In this document: in pieces, positions 34,944-45,245 of the stretch
Numbering within the stretch: the stretch's first letter is position 1
Layout of the letters: each line of letters starts with the position of its first letter
Source: Candidatus Amesbacteria bacterium GW2011_GWC2_45_19
Lineage (GTDB): Bacteria; Patescibacteriota; Microgenomatia; CAZETR01; Amesbacteraceae
Direction of reading: 5' to 3'
Length of the DNA stretch: 64,000 nucleotides
NCBI GenBank assembly: GCA_001001555.1
Contig: LCKS01000001.1
Span: 82,066-146,065, forward strand
Notes under the pieces: model-generated
What the model was told of the DNA's origin: nothing
Seen by the model: only the letters and a program-made list of their open reading frames with translations
Databases searched by the model: none
Position numbers and translations under genes: made by a program

Positions 34944-36712
34944 GAAAATTCTGGTTCTCATTAATGACTCCTTTTTTAATTGCCGTTTCTTCGGCTGGGG
35001 CGGCGGATGATAAATTTATCACTGTCGTAAACCCGGTCAGGATTTCTATTTATAATTCTGATCCGGTGGCCAGCATAAAAGCTCAGTATGCAGTAATAAA
35101 CAAATTGAATTTACCGGCAACCTGGCTTGTGACTTATGATGTACTAAATCAACCAGAAATAATTGCCGAATTTAAAAAATTTTCATCCAATCAAGAACCC
35201 GGAATTTTCTTGGAGATTACTCCGGAATTTTCTAAAGTTGCGGGAGTCAAGTACCACAACACCGGCTCCTGGCATTTTGCTAATGCCGTCTTTCTTTCTG
35301 GTTACACCCAAGAAGAGAGGATCAAATTTATCGATACAGTATTTGCTAAATTCAAAGAACAATTCGGCTATTATCCAATTTCCGTAGGTGCTTGGTGGAT
35401 AGACAGTTTTTCTTTAAATTACATGCATAATAAATATGGAATTATAGCCAATTTAGGAGTAGCAGATCAGTACTCTACCGATAATTATCAAGTCTGGGGG
35501 ACTTATTGGTCTATCCCGTATTACCCCAGCAAACTTCACGCCGGTATTCCCGCGGGAAGGGTGGACAATAAAATAGGAGTAGTTATCCTGCAGTGGGCTC
35601 CGCGCGAACCCCGCCGGGGTTATTACAGCAGTCTGTATAGCACCCAGGATTATTTCACCACTCCAAAGCTTGATATCAATTATTTTTCCCAGCTAATTGA
35701 TATATTCCCCCAAGTTACTGTAGGTTTGGAAAGTGACTTTACACCTGAAGCCTATGGGGGTGAATATACCAAGCAAATGCAAATTGTAGCCCAAAAAACC
35801 GCAACCAAGATGACAATGAAAGATTTTGCCAAATGGTACGCAGATAAGTTTCCCGAGGTATCGCCGGAACAAAAGATCGAGTCAGACGGCATGCTCTGGT
35901 ACCAATCGCCTTTTTACCGGTTGAGTATAGATAAGACAAATTTCAAAATAATCGATTTTAGAGTCTATCCGCCGGATTTGCGCGAGCCGTACTATCTGTG
36001 GCCAAACCGGGAAAAAGACTTGCGCATCAATACCCCGTCTTTAATTGATTCTATCCAAAATCCTTCAGAAACTTGGACGATTACTGATCTGAATATCAAA
36101 ACTACTCCAAAATATTTTGAATCAATGAACAAACCGCCCCAAAGTTTTTTCAAGTCAAAATTAATCAAAATTACCCCAATTAACAATAATTGGCGGATAG
36201 AAATAAATACTGAATTAGAGAATTTAACAGACGGGGTCGTTTTTAGTGACTGGAGCCTGGCCACAAAACACTTGCTCAAGGCCCCTAAAAGTCTTATCAG
36301 AGCCATTATTTCTTTCGACTGGAATAAATTTAAGAAAGAAAAATATTGGATTTCTCCGGAAGAAATTATCGGACTGGACAAGTTGAGGCAGCTGCCCGCC
36401 GGCAAAGTGTTGGTCTATAATCACGAATGTTTGCAGTGTGAGTATTTTGGCAAATACCGCCCGGCAGCCTTTGCCAATTCCAGAGGCTATATCCAAAAAT
36501 ATTCCGGGAAAGCCATAATTTACAACAGCGGGATTTTTGAAGCGAAATCTCAAGCTGGGCTGAAATCTAAATTAAAATCTACGGATGCAGGCTATATTTA
36601 TGTAAGCAAATACGCGCCCGGGGTCGAACTATTGAGATTTTCTCCCGGCGACTACGGTATCCGGAAAATATTTGAGAACGCCATGGTCCAGATTTGGAAA
36701 GTAGTAAAATAG
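34940..36712 (+). CDS. Exported protein: polysaccharide-deacetylase/GH-like N-terminal domain plus a C-terminal domain shared with 12684-14249
   Basis: Signal-peptide-like start; LPATWLV, FKEQFGYYP..VGAW; C-terminus KIFENAMVQIWKV. Confidence 0.55.
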   Translation: MRKFWFSLMTPFLIAVSSAGAADDKFITVVNPVRISIYNSDPVASIKAQYAVINKLNLPATWLVTYDVLNQPEIIAEFKKFSSNQEPGIFLEITPEFSKVAGVKYHNTGSWHFANAVFLSGYTQEERIKFIDTVFAKFKEQFGYYPISVGAWWIDSFSLNYMHNKYGIIANLGVADQYSTDNYQVWGTYWSIPYYPSKLHAGIPAGRVDNKIGVVILQWAPREPRRGYYSSLYSTQDYFTTPKLDINYFSQLIDIFPQVTVGLESDFTPEAYGGEYTKQMQIVAQKTATKMTMKDFAKWYADKFPEVSPEQKIESDGMLWYQSPFYRLSIDKTNFKIIDFRVYPPDLREPYYLWPNREKDLRINTPSLIDSIQNPSETWTITDLNIKTTPKYFESMNKPPQSFFKSKLIKITPINNNWRIEINTELENLTDGVVFSDWSLATKHLLKAPKSLIRAIISFDWNKFKKEKYWISPEEIIGLDKLRQLPAGKVLVYNHECLQCEYFGKYRPAAFANSRGYIQKYSGKAIIYNSGIFEAKSQAGLKSKLKSTDAGYIYVSKYAPGVELLRFSPGDYGIRKIFENAMVQIWKVVK

Positions 36713-36716
36713 GTCA

Positions 36717-37724
36717 ATGAACTTTCCTGGAGTTAGCATCATTATTCCGGTTTTAAATAACGAACGTACTATTAAAAAGTGCTTGGAATGTGTTACGTTC
36801 CAAGATTATCCTAAAAACAAAGTCGAGATCCTGATTCTTGATGGGGGAAGCACTGACAAAACCATAGCAATCTCAAAATCTTCTAAAAGCATAAACCTTC
36901 ACATTATAAAAGGTGGTTACCGCAACAATATGGAGGCCAGGAGATCTATAGGCTTCCAAAAAGCAAAGCACAATTTAGTATTGGTTTTAGATTCAGACAA
37001 CTACCTATATAGCCCAGACAGCCTTCGAAAGTTAGTCAAGCCCATGCTCGGCAAGGATCGTCTGGTTGGGTCATTCACACTTCATTACCATTATGACTCC
37101 AGATTGCCGCTCTTTACTAGATATATCTCTCTATTTGGCAACCATGATCCTGTTGCCTACTATTTACACAAGGCTGATCGGCAAAAGATTACTCAAAAAA
37201 CCTGGCCACATAAAAATCAAATCGTGTCTACAAAACCGGAATGGACTATTGTTCAATTTAATAAAAAAGATTTCCCGACCCTCGGCTGCAATGGGTTTCT
37301 CATAAACAAAAAATACCTGCACTTAAAAGATATTAAACCGGAGAATTTTTTACATACAGATATTCTCTATGACCTTCTCGATAAAGGATTAAATAAATAT
37401 GCGGTGGTTGATGCTCAGGTTGTTCACGATAGCAGCTCCAGCATTAAACGGCATTTAGAAAAAAGGTATGAATATATGCAGCTCCACCATATTTCTCTGG
37501 CTAAAATAAGGCGCTACAAAGTCTTCGATTCTGACTCGCCCCAGGATCGTCTCCGTCTTGGCAAATTTATTTTATATACTATTACCATTGTCAGACCTCT
37601 CTATGAATCAATCGAAGGATTTTTTCAAAAACCTGATCTCGCCTGGTTTATTCACCCATTTTTATGCTGGGCATTTCTAATCACTTATTCATTTGCGGTA
37701 GTTAATCCTTACAAAAAAGGATGA
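36717..37724 (+). CDS. GT2 glycosyltransferase
   Basis: VSIIIPVLN, LDGGSTD, LDSD, LGCNG. Confidence 0.85.
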   Translation: MNFPGVSIIIPVLNNERTIKKCLECVTFQDYPKNKVEILILDGGSTDKTIAISKSSKSINLHIIKGGYRNNMEARRSIGFQKAKHNLVLVLDSDNYLYSPDSLRKLVKPMLGKDRLVGSFTLHYHYDSRLPLFTRYISLFGNHDPVAYYLHKADRQKITQKTWPHKNQIVSTKPEWTIVQFNKKDFPTLGCNGFLINKKYLHLKDIKPENFLHTDILYDLLDKGLNKYAVVDAQVVHDSSSSIKRHLEKRYEYMQLHHISLAKIRRYKVFDSDSPQDRLRLGKFILYTITIVRPLYESIEGFFQKPDLAWFIHPFLCWAFLITYSFAVVNPYKKG

Positions 37725-38833
37725 ACATATTAATTTTAAACTGGAAAGATCTTAAGCATCCACAAGTGGGTGGGGCCGAAATCATAGTCTACGAATTGGC
37801 AAAGAGGCTTGTATCAGTGGGACACGAAGTAACTTGGTTTTGCAGAAGCTTCAAATACGGCAAACATGAAGAGACTATAGACGGAGTCAAGATTGTAAGA
37901 AGAGGCAATCTAGTGACTATGTACTTTCACGCGCCAATATACTATTGGAAACTCCGGAAAAAACCGGATGTTGTAGTCGATATCTCCAACACAATATATT
38001 GGCAAACTCCTTTGTGGGCATGGCAATCAAAAAGAATCGCTTATCTGAACCAACTTGCCCAAGAGGTATTTTATTATGAATACCCGGTCTTTGTATCCAG
38101 ATTCGGTAAATTGGCAGAAAGGCTTCAATACTTGGCATATTTAAACACCAAGTTCGTTTGTTACGCCCAAAGTACAAAGGCAGACTTGATATCAATGGGA
38201 ATAAACGATTCCATGATAAGCACATTCTCATTAGGAGTTGATCACGATAGATATTTTCCTGGCAAAAAGTCAAAAAACCCGTTATTTATATGCGTTAACC
38301 GATTGGTGAAGATGAAAAGAACAGATTTGGTTATCAGAGCCATGGAGATTGTTCATAAGCGTTTTCCTGACACCAGATTAGTAGTCGTAGGATATGGTTA
38401 CGATAGAATAAGACTTGAGAAATTGAGGGATAGTTTGAATCTGGAAGACTCAGTAAAGTTTGCGGATGAAAATATATTATTTTTCACCAAAAACTCAAAG
38501 GATAAAAAAGTAACACTTATGCAACAAGCTTGGGCATTGGTCTTTCCTTCAGTCAAAGAAGGGTGGGGGATGACTGTTACTGAATGTGCAGCCTGTGAAA
38601 CCCCGGCTATAGTGTCCGGCGTCAGCGGACTAAAGGATTCGGTGGTCGATAATCAAACGGGTATTATTCTCTCCCCAAATCCATCGCCTGAAGAAATTGC
38701 CGGCGCAATGGTTAGCTTAATTAAAAACCCGAAACTTCGCAACCACCTGTCTAAACAAGCCAGACTTTACTCGCGAAAATTTAGTTGGGACAAAAGTTAT
38801 CGGGAATTCGCAAACATAATTAGTCGACTATGA
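37721..38833 (+). CDS. GT4 glycosyltransferase
   Basis: GGAE, KEGWGMTVTE, GLKDSV, FSWD. Confidence 0.88.
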   Translation: MNILILNWKDLKHPQVGGAEIIVYELAKRLVSVGHEVTWFCRSFKYGKHEETIDGVKIVRRGNLVTMYFHAPIYYWKLRKKPDVVVDISNTIYWQTPLWAWQSKRIAYLNQLAQEVFYYEYPVFVSRFGKLAERLQYLAYLNTKFVCYAQSTKADLISMGINDSMISTFSLGVDHDRYFPGKKSKNPLFICVNRLVKMKRTDLVIRAMEIVHKRFPDTRLVVVGYGYDRIRLEKLRDSLNLEDSVKFADENILFFTKNSKDKKVTLMQQAWALVFPSVKEGWGMTVTECAACETPAIVSGVSGLKDSVVDNQTGIILSPNPSPEEIAGAMVSLIKNPKLRNHLSKQARLYSRKFSWDKSYREFANIISRL

Positions 38834-39960
38834 ATATCCTAATGCTTTCCTGGAGAGGACCAGGTCATCCCAACTCTGGTGGTGCAGAAATAAACACGCT
38901 TGAAAATGTCACTGCATGGACCAAAGCCGGACACAGCGTTACCTGGTTCACTTCGACCTTTCCGGGCGCAACCCCTTTCGAGGTTGTTAACAAAGTGAAA
39001 ATTGTTAGACGCGGATCCCAAAATTTTAAAGTTAATTTAGCGGCATTTACTTGGTATCTTTTTAAACCCCATGAGAGATTTGACATAGTCGTTGATCAAT
39101 TTCATGGATTGCCCTTCTTTACTTCTCTGTACGTTAAGGTTCCTAAACTTGCGTTTATTCATGAAGTGGCCCGTGAGGTTTGGTGGCTAAATCCCTGGCC
39201 TAAACCGTTTAACCTTATTCCAGCCATAGTCGGCAGCTTTCTTGAGCCATGGATATTTCGCATTCTTTACAAAGATATTCCTTTTATGACAGTATCTAAT
39301 TCGACCAAAGAAGATTTAATTAAATATGGAATTCCTGAAAAAAATATATCGGTATTTCTTAGTGGAGTTAATCTTTCCATCCCGTCTCCTTTACCCCCTA
39401 AAAACAAGATTCCAACGATTGTATTTTTAGGAGCATTGTCTAAAGACAAAGGAATAGAAGACGCATTACTTACCTTTTCTTTTATTAGTAAACTCCGTCC
39501 ATCTTGGAAATTCTGGGTGATAGGTCAGGGCGAAACCAACTATCAACTCTATTTAGACACTCTTTGTCAGAAACTGCAGGTAGATAAAAAGGTCAAGTTT
39601 TTGGGTCCGGTTTATTCACTGGAGAAGTTTAAGTTGCTATCACAATCGCACATTTTGATTAATCCTTCAATCCGGGAAGGATGGGGCCTGGTTAATATTG
39701 AAGCTAATGCCGTAGGAACTCCGGTAGTAGGATACTCTGTTCCAGGCACTAAAGATTCAGTTCGTCATCAAATTACCGGTCTCCTCTGTCCTCCCCATCA
39801 TCCAGAGTTGCTGGCCGGGAATACGATCCGGTTAATTGAAAACAAAAAATTATATAAACGACTCGTTTCCAATTCTCTACGTTGGAGTAGACAATTTTCT
39901 TGGGACAAGTTTACTAAACAAAGCTTAAATCTTATTGAAAACCTAGCGGGTAAGAAATGA
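38830..39960 (+). CDS. GT4 glycosyltransferase
   Basis: GGAE, DKGIED, REGWGLVNIEANAVGTP. Confidence 0.88.
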   Translation: MNILMLSWRGPGHPNSGGAEINTLENVTAWTKAGHSVTWFTSTFPGATPFEVVNKVKIVRRGSQNFKVNLAAFTWYLFKPHERFDIVVDQFHGLPFFTSLYVKVPKLAFIHEVAREVWWLNPWPKPFNLIPAIVGSFLEPWIFRILYKDIPFMTVSNSTKEDLIKYGIPEKNISVFLSGVNLSIPSPLPPKNKIPTIVFLGALSKDKGIEDALLTFSFISKLRPSWKFWVIGQGETNYQLYLDTLCQKLQVDKKVKFLGPVYSLEKFKLLSQSHILINPSIREGWGLVNIEANAVGTPVVGYSVPGTKDSVRHQITGLLCPPHHPELLAGNTIRLIENKKLYKRLVSNSLRWSRQFSWDKFTKQSLNLIENLAGKK

Positions 39961-41087
39961 ACATTTTAATGCTTTCCTGGCGCGGTCCCGGCCATCCAAA
40001 CTATGGCGGAGCTGAAATCTCCACTTATCATCATATCCGGGCCTGGGTCAAGGCGGGCCACCAGGTTTATTGGTTTACTTCTTCCGTTCTCCATAGTCCG
40101 TCTGAGGAAACTATCGACGGTGTACACATTATCCGCCGGGGGTTCCAGATTCTGCAAGTCCAATTCGCAGCCGTTATCTGGTATTTTTTCTCTCCCCATC
40201 CCAAATTTGACCTGGTAGTCGATCAGTTTCACGGAATCCCTTTTTTTACCCCTCTTTTTGTTAGATCCAAAAAATTAGCGTTCATTCATGAGGTGGCTAA
40301 AGAAGTTTGGTGGATAAATCATTTGCGCTTTCCCGCCAATTACATATTTGGCACAGCCGGGTTTATTTCCGAACCCTTAATTTTTCGACTTTTTTATCGT
40401 CACATTCCCTTTTTTACCGTATCCCAGTCCACGAAACAAGATTTGATCAAATGGTCCATCCCCGCTTCAAATATTTATATCATACCTAACGGAACCACTA
40501 CTTTGCCTGCTAAATTTGCCAAAGAAAAAACCCCAACCGTGATTTTTTTAGGCGCTGTCGCTCATGATAAGGGAATTGAAGATACACTATTTGCCTTTTC
40601 ATACATTATTAAACTACATCCTCAATGGCGTTTATGGATTGTTGGCAAGAGTGAACCGACCTATCAGGCTAAGCTGGATGAACTCGGTCTTCACTTAGGC
40701 ATTAATTCTCGGCTCAAATTCTGGGGTTTTGTCAATCAACGGAAGAAATTTGAACTGCTGGCCAAAGCTCATGTGATGCTTAACCCGTCCATCAGAGAGG
40801 GTTGGGGATTAGTAAATATTGAAGCTAATTCTGTCGGTACACCCGTTGTCGCCTATGACGTTCCTGGTTGTCGAGATTCTATCCAAAACGGCACAACTGG
40901 CCTTCTCTGTCCCAAAGGCGATATTTCCTGTCTTGCCAAAACCTGCGTTCGTCTCGTGAGTGATAATAAACTATATGAAAAAACGTCAGCTCAAGCTAAG
41001 AAGTGGTCTCTACAATTTTCCTGGGCTAAATCCGCCTCTCTTAGTCTCAAGCTTATTGAGACTTTACGCACAACAAGTTTGCATTAA
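39957..41087 (+). CDS. GT4 glycosyltransferase (close paralog of the preceding gene)
   Basis: Same MNILMLSWRGPGHPN start; REGWGLVNIEANSVGTP. Confidence 0.88.
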   Translation: MNILMLSWRGPGHPNYGGAEISTYHHIRAWVKAGHQVYWFTSSVLHSPSEETIDGVHIIRRGFQILQVQFAAVIWYFFSPHPKFDLVVDQFHGIPFFTPLFVRSKKLAFIHEVAKEVWWINHLRFPANYIFGTAGFISEPLIFRLFYRHIPFFTVSQSTKQDLIKWSIPASNIYIIPNGTTTLPAKFAKEKTPTVIFLGAVAHDKGIEDTLFAFSYIIKLHPQWRLWIVGKSEPTYQAKLDELGLHLGINSRLKFWGFVNQRKKFELLAKAHVMLNPSIREGWGLVNIEANSVGTPVVAYDVPGCRDSIQNGTTGLLCPKGDISCLAKTCVRLVSDNKLYEKTSAQAKKWSLQFSWAKSASLSLKLIETLRTTSLH

Positions 41088-41937
41088 ATAGTGAACTTTT
41101 AGGATAATTTTTTAACATCTGTTGAAACGAGATTTTGGATACTTTATTAGCAGTACTATCTATTTCATAAACTTTAAACTTATAAGCCTTAAGTAATTCC
41201 AAATAATCTCTACCCGAACTACCGCTTAGATATAATCCCCTCGGCCAAAATTCAGTTAGGATTTTCATTTTTTTGTTCTTTCTTAACACCTCTGACGCTC
41301 CTGTTAAAGCCTTTACCTCTGAGCCTTGAATATCCATCTTAATGACATTAATTCTTTTCTCTTTATTTTTGAAAAAAGTGTCCAATTTGATTGTTCTGAT
41401 AGAAGTAGATCGCCTATTACCTTCTGGATCATAAATGCGTTGGTCTCCAAAATTATCTTCATTACTTAAAAAAAGTTTACTCTTGCCATTTTTGTTCGAT
41501 ACAGCTTTATTTACCAACACTACATTTTTATATCCATTAACTTCCACATTTTTTTTAAGCAACTCAAAATTTTTGGGAAGTGGTTCAAATGCATATACCT
41601 TCCCTTTTGGTCCAACCCTTTTTGCTGCTATCAACGTGTAGTATCCAATATGGGCACCTATATCTATAACGATGTTTCCTGGTTTAATATTCTGTTCAAA
41701 CAGACTTGCCTCAAACTTCTCCCACTTTCCACTCAATATCAGTTCCAGCGAAATCACTCGGTCATCTTTGTCAATGTACATCCGATGGCCGCCAATAATC
41801 AATGATTCGGGTTTAAAAAAATTAACTACCGGCGAGACGACGGCTTTAGTATATGGATTTTCATAAATTTGGTGCACTACGGTCCACAAAACTCCTCTGC
41901 CAATATTTTTATATATTTTTCCAAACACAAGTATCAT
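41053..41937 (-). CDS. FkbM-family methyltransferase
   Basis: IDIGAHIGYY, AFEP, AVSN, IKMDIQGSE. Confidence 0.9.
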   Translation of the reverse strand: MILVFGKIYKNIGRGVLWTVVHQIYENPYTKAVVSPVVNFFKPESLIIGGHRMYIDKDDRVISLELILSGKWEKFEASLFEQNIKPGNIVIDIGAHIGYYTLIAAKRVGPKGKVYAFEPLPKNFELLKKNVEVNGYKNVVLVNKAVSNKNGKSKLFLSNEDNFGDQRIYDPEGNRRSTSIRTIKLDTFFKNKEKRINVIKMDIQGSEVKALTGASEVLRKNKKMKILTEFWPRGLYLSGSSGRDYLELLKAYKFKVYEIDSTANKVSKISFQQMLKNYPKSSLFNANLLCVKSQ

Positions 41938-41964
41938 TATATGCTAAACTGGCAAAATTACCTT

Positions 41965-42969
41965 ATGACACCCGAGCAAAAAACTTATCTTCCAGTGTCT
42001 CAATTGGCCTTGGAAACTTTCAGACAAACTCCGAACCATGATTTAGAACTTCTCATCAAAACCCCCACGGGTACTTACCAGACGGCTTGGGAACGGGCTT
42101 ATGGAGAACCAGCTCTGAATCCCGATTCCCGACTGCCCGGCCTATTGGGTGGTGAAGATTTCATGCCTCCCGGGAAAAGAAAGCTTCTTTTTGGTACCCA
42201 TCTTAATGGCCGTTGTCCGGCCGACTGCCTAGATTGTCCCTTTGGCTCAACTACCATAAGAGCCATTTACGCTTCCGAATCCGATTTGCACTACACTCTG
42301 GCCCGACCGATTACTCCAGCTGAACTGTCGGCTTTTCTGGTCAGAGCCAAACAAATAGCAGTCGAGCGGGGAATTTTAAAATCTGGTGAAACATTTAGTG
42401 CTGGAGCTTTACTTTCCGGGGATCCTGGTTATAACCGACATACAGCCGAACTTGTTGCCGCTGTAAGTCGAGTTCCAGACTGTGAAGCCTGTCGTTGGTC
42501 GACCATTGCCCCCGATACTGGCCACAACGTCTTAGCGGCTTTTATAAAAGGAGCGCAGCTCGCCCGGGAAATAGACCCAGCCCACATTTCCAGTTTTCAA
42601 GCCTCCCTTCACAGTACCGATCATGAGGTTCGCGTGCGGCATACGGGAGTCACCCGTCTTCTTTCAATGAGTGATATTGCCGCGGCCTCACAGGAAATTT
42701 ATCAAATTACCGGTAGAAAACTGTCGTTAGCCTTCGTACTGCATGCAGGTTCGGTGATAGACCATCGGGTATTAAAAGATAACTTTTCGCCTGATCACAA
42801 TATTATTTCTCTCCGGCCTATCTATTCCGCCACTACACTACCCATGAATCCGGATAACACGATAAAACTCTATTCGCAGCTAAGAAAAGATGGCTGGGAT
42901 GTAGTTTACATGCCCCCAAACCAAGGTAATGGTGGGCCACCGATTGAATTACACAATATGAGAGGCTAA
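41965..42969 (+). CDS. Radical SAM protein, divergent RlmN/Cfr-like
   Basis: CPADCLDC (CxxxCxxC), GDPGYN, WST, ASLHSTDHEVR, RKLSLAFVL. Start could be 41941. Confidence 0.7.
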   Translation: MTPEQKTYLPVSQLALETFRQTPNHDLELLIKTPTGTYQTAWERAYGEPALNPDSRLPGLLGGEDFMPPGKRKLLFGTHLNGRCPADCLDCPFGSTTIRAIYASESDLHYTLARPITPAELSAFLVRAKQIAVERGILKSGETFSAGALLSGDPGYNRHTAELVAAVSRVPDCEACRWSTIAPDTGHNVLAAFIKGAQLAREIDPAHISSFQASLHSTDHEVRVRHTGVTRLLSMSDIAAASQEIYQITGRKLSLAFVLHAGSVIDHRVLKDNFSPDHNIISLRPIYSATTLPMNPDNTIKLYSQLRKDGWDVVYMPPNQGNGGPPIELHNMRG

Positions 42970-43751
42970 GTGAGTGGATTATAGTAGCCCGTTGCCGCCT
43001 TAATAGCCATTAGGAGAACGTCCAGCTTTTTTCTAAAGCCGACTATTTTGGTGGGAGTTTTACCCTGCGGAGGATAGCTGCGGATAACCGGGATTTCCAC
43101 ACTACGCAGTCCCAATCGGTTTGCGCGGGCGGTCACATAAAACAAAATCTCATAGCTATTAAAAACGCCCCGGAATAATTTCAAGTTTGGATCAAGAAGT
43201 AACTTCTTGCTGTAAGCCCGATGCCCATTACTTGTGTCTGTGTACCATTTGCTAGCGGCCAAGCTAAGCATTGGAGAGAATAAATATTTAATTGCCACCT
43301 CTCGTTCTAAAGGAGTATTTATTCCCCGGCCGCTCTTAATAAACCTGGATCCCTGGATATAGTCATATCCCATATCCAAATACTTCACAAAATTTGGAAT
43401 AGCTTTAGAATCATCCTTACCATTACCGTCAATGTGTAATACCCCTGCATAACCATTTTTAAGGGCAAAGGCATAAGCCATTCGATATTGAGCCCCCAAT
43501 CTCCCTGAACCAGTTTTTACGAGCAAGGTAGTCACTCCTTGATTTTTCAAAAATTTTGGGTCGGTGGAACCGTCCGTACTTCCTCCATCGGCAATAATAA
43601 TGTCCACTAGTTTCGAATACCTTTTTACTTTTTTCAACTGTTTCTTAAACTTGTCTCCCTCATTAATAACGGGAATAACCAAACAATATTTAGTCTTTCT
43701 TTTTTTAAATTCAAATTTTTCAAAATCCGGCACCTCCCAATCCTTTTTCAT
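42966..43751 (-). CDS. GT2 polyprenol-phosphate mannosyl/glycosyltransferase-like
   Basis: IPVINEG, DGGSTDG, IDGNGKDD, GSRF, DTSNG. TATAAT lies 6 nt before the ATG at 43751. Confidence 0.85.
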   Translation of the reverse strand: MKKDWEVPDFEKFEFKKRKTKYCLVIPVINEGDKFKKQLKKVKRYSKLVDIIIADGGSTDGSTDPKFLKNQGVTTLLVKTGSGRLGAQYRMAYAFALKNGYAGVLHIDGNGKDDSKAIPNFVKYLDMGYDYIQGSRFIKSGRGINTPLEREVAIKYLFSPMLSLAASKWYTDTSNGHRAYSKKLLLDPNLKLFRGVFNSYEILFYVTARANRLGLRSVEIPVIRSYPPQGKTPTKIVGFRKKLDVLLMAIKAATGYYNPLT

Positions 43752-43781
43752 CACCCAATTATACAGTTGTATAATTGTCTT
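43752..43781. promoter_or_regulatory. Back-to-back leaderless promoters
   Basis: Minus-strand TATAAT (43763-43758) and plus-strand TATAAT (43770-43775), each 6 nt from a start codon. Confidence 0.65.
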
Positions 43782-44189
43782 GTGGTACAAACTTCTATAC
43801 AGCTCATGCGGTTTGTGTTTGTAGGAGGACTGGCGGTGGGGGTTGATTTTATGGTTTATTTTGGGTTGTTATTTTTACTATCGGGTATTTCTACTCCTTT
43901 GGCTAAGGCTATATCTTACATCTGTGGGGCAACAGTTTCGTTTGTGGGCCACCGGTCTTTTGTATTTGCAGCCCACGATCGGCAGGCCAGACATCAAGTC
44001 CTGCCTTTTATTATTCTGTATGGAAGTTCTTTAATAGCCAACAATCTAATTAACCAAGTTATTTTAAATCTGACAGGGGTAAGAGTCCTGGCTTGGTTTA
44101 TAGCCATTTGCTCCTCAACTACCATAAACTATCTGGGGATGAAATTTGGAGTGTTTAGAGACGGATCTTTACACTTGCCAAAAATGTGA
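43782..44189 (+). CDS. GtrA-family flippase
   Basis: LMRFVFVGG...VD, HRSFVF, INYLGMKFGVF. GTG start lies 6 nt after TATAAT. Confidence 0.85.
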   Translation: MVQTSIQLMRFVFVGGLAVGVDFMVYFGLLFLLSGISTPLAKAISYICGATVSFVGHRSFVFAAHDRQARHQVLPFIILYGSSLIANNLINQVILNLTGVRVLAWFIAICSSTTINYLGMKFGVFRDGSLHLPKM

Positions 44190-44204
44190 TATAAACTTCG
44201 GTGT

Positions 44205-45245
44205 ATGAAAGTATTAGTTACCGGGGGATGCGGATTTGCAGGCAGTCATGTTTGTGAATACTACAAAAAACAAGGCGCGAAGGTAGTAGCTTATGATAAT
44301 CTGACTAAATTTGAACTCCGCAGGACTGGTTATTCTACTGAAAAAGCCAGGTTTCATAACGTTGAGTTTCTAAAAAAACTAAAAGTAGAAATAGTCAGAG
44401 AGGACATTAGAGACAGACAAACATTGGAAAATTACGCCAAAAAAGCAGACTTTATAATTCACACTGCCGCCCAGCCAGCCATGACAATTTCCTGGGAAGA
44501 CCCAGAGTTGGACTTTACCACCAACGTGGTAGGAACATTTAATATCTTAGAAATTGCCCGTAAATATAAAATTCCGACTGTATCTTGCGCGACTATCCAC
44601 ATATATGGAAACAAAATTAATGACGAGGTCAAAGAAGGCAAGACTCGCTACATCAGGCGTCCGGCAGAAATAGATGAGAGTCATAGATTGGTCGAAGGCT
44701 TGTTGACACCATTGCATGCTTCCAAACATACCCTAGACCTTTATACTCAAACTTACATTGATACCTACAAACTTCCCTTGGCCTCTTTTAGGCTCACAGG
44801 ACTATATGGATCGCGTCAGTTTGGTGGAGAGGACCACGGTTGGGTAGCCAATTTCGCCATTCGTTCTGTTATGGATTACCCATTAACTATTTTTGGAACA
44901 GGTAAGCAAGTCCGCGATATCCTTCACATTTCCGATTTAGTCAGAGCATTTGACGCATTTTACAAAAAACAAAAAGCCGGTGTCTATAATATTGGCGGTG
45001 GAACTAAAACTATACTTTCATTGATAGAGTGCATACACTTGATAGAGAAAATATTGGGTAAAAAATCAGAGATTAGTTATCAACCCTCTCGAATGGGAGA
45101 CTTGGTCTATTTTGTCTGTGACATCACTAAGGCTAAGAAAAATTTAGGCTGGTCTGCCAAAGTTTCTCCGGAAAAGGGTGTTCGGGAGCTTGTTAATTGG
45201 GTCCAACAGAACAAAAATCTTTTCGAAATCAAAGATGCAAAATAA
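44205..45245 (+). CDS. NAD-dependent epimerase, CDP-paratose 2-epimerase (RfbE)-like
   Basis: TGGCGFAG, AAQPAMTIS, YGSRQFGGEDHGWV, GKQVRDIL. Confidence 0.8.
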   Translation: MKVLVTGGCGFAGSHVCEYYKKQGAKVVAYDNLTKFELRRTGYSTEKARFHNVEFLKKLKVEIVREDIRDRQTLENYAKKADFIIHTAAQPAMTISWEDPELDFTTNVVGTFNILEIARKYKIPTVSCATIHIYGNKINDEVKEGKTRYIRRPAEIDESHRLVEGLLTPLHASKHTLDLYTQTYIDTYKLPLASFRLTGLYGSRQFGGEDHGWVANFAIRSVMDYPLTIFGTGKQVRDILHISDLVRAFDAFYKKQKAGVYNIGGGTKTILSLIECIHLIEKILGKKSEISYQPSRMGDLVYFVCDITKAKKNLGWSAKVSPEKGVRELVNWVQQNKNLFEIKDAK

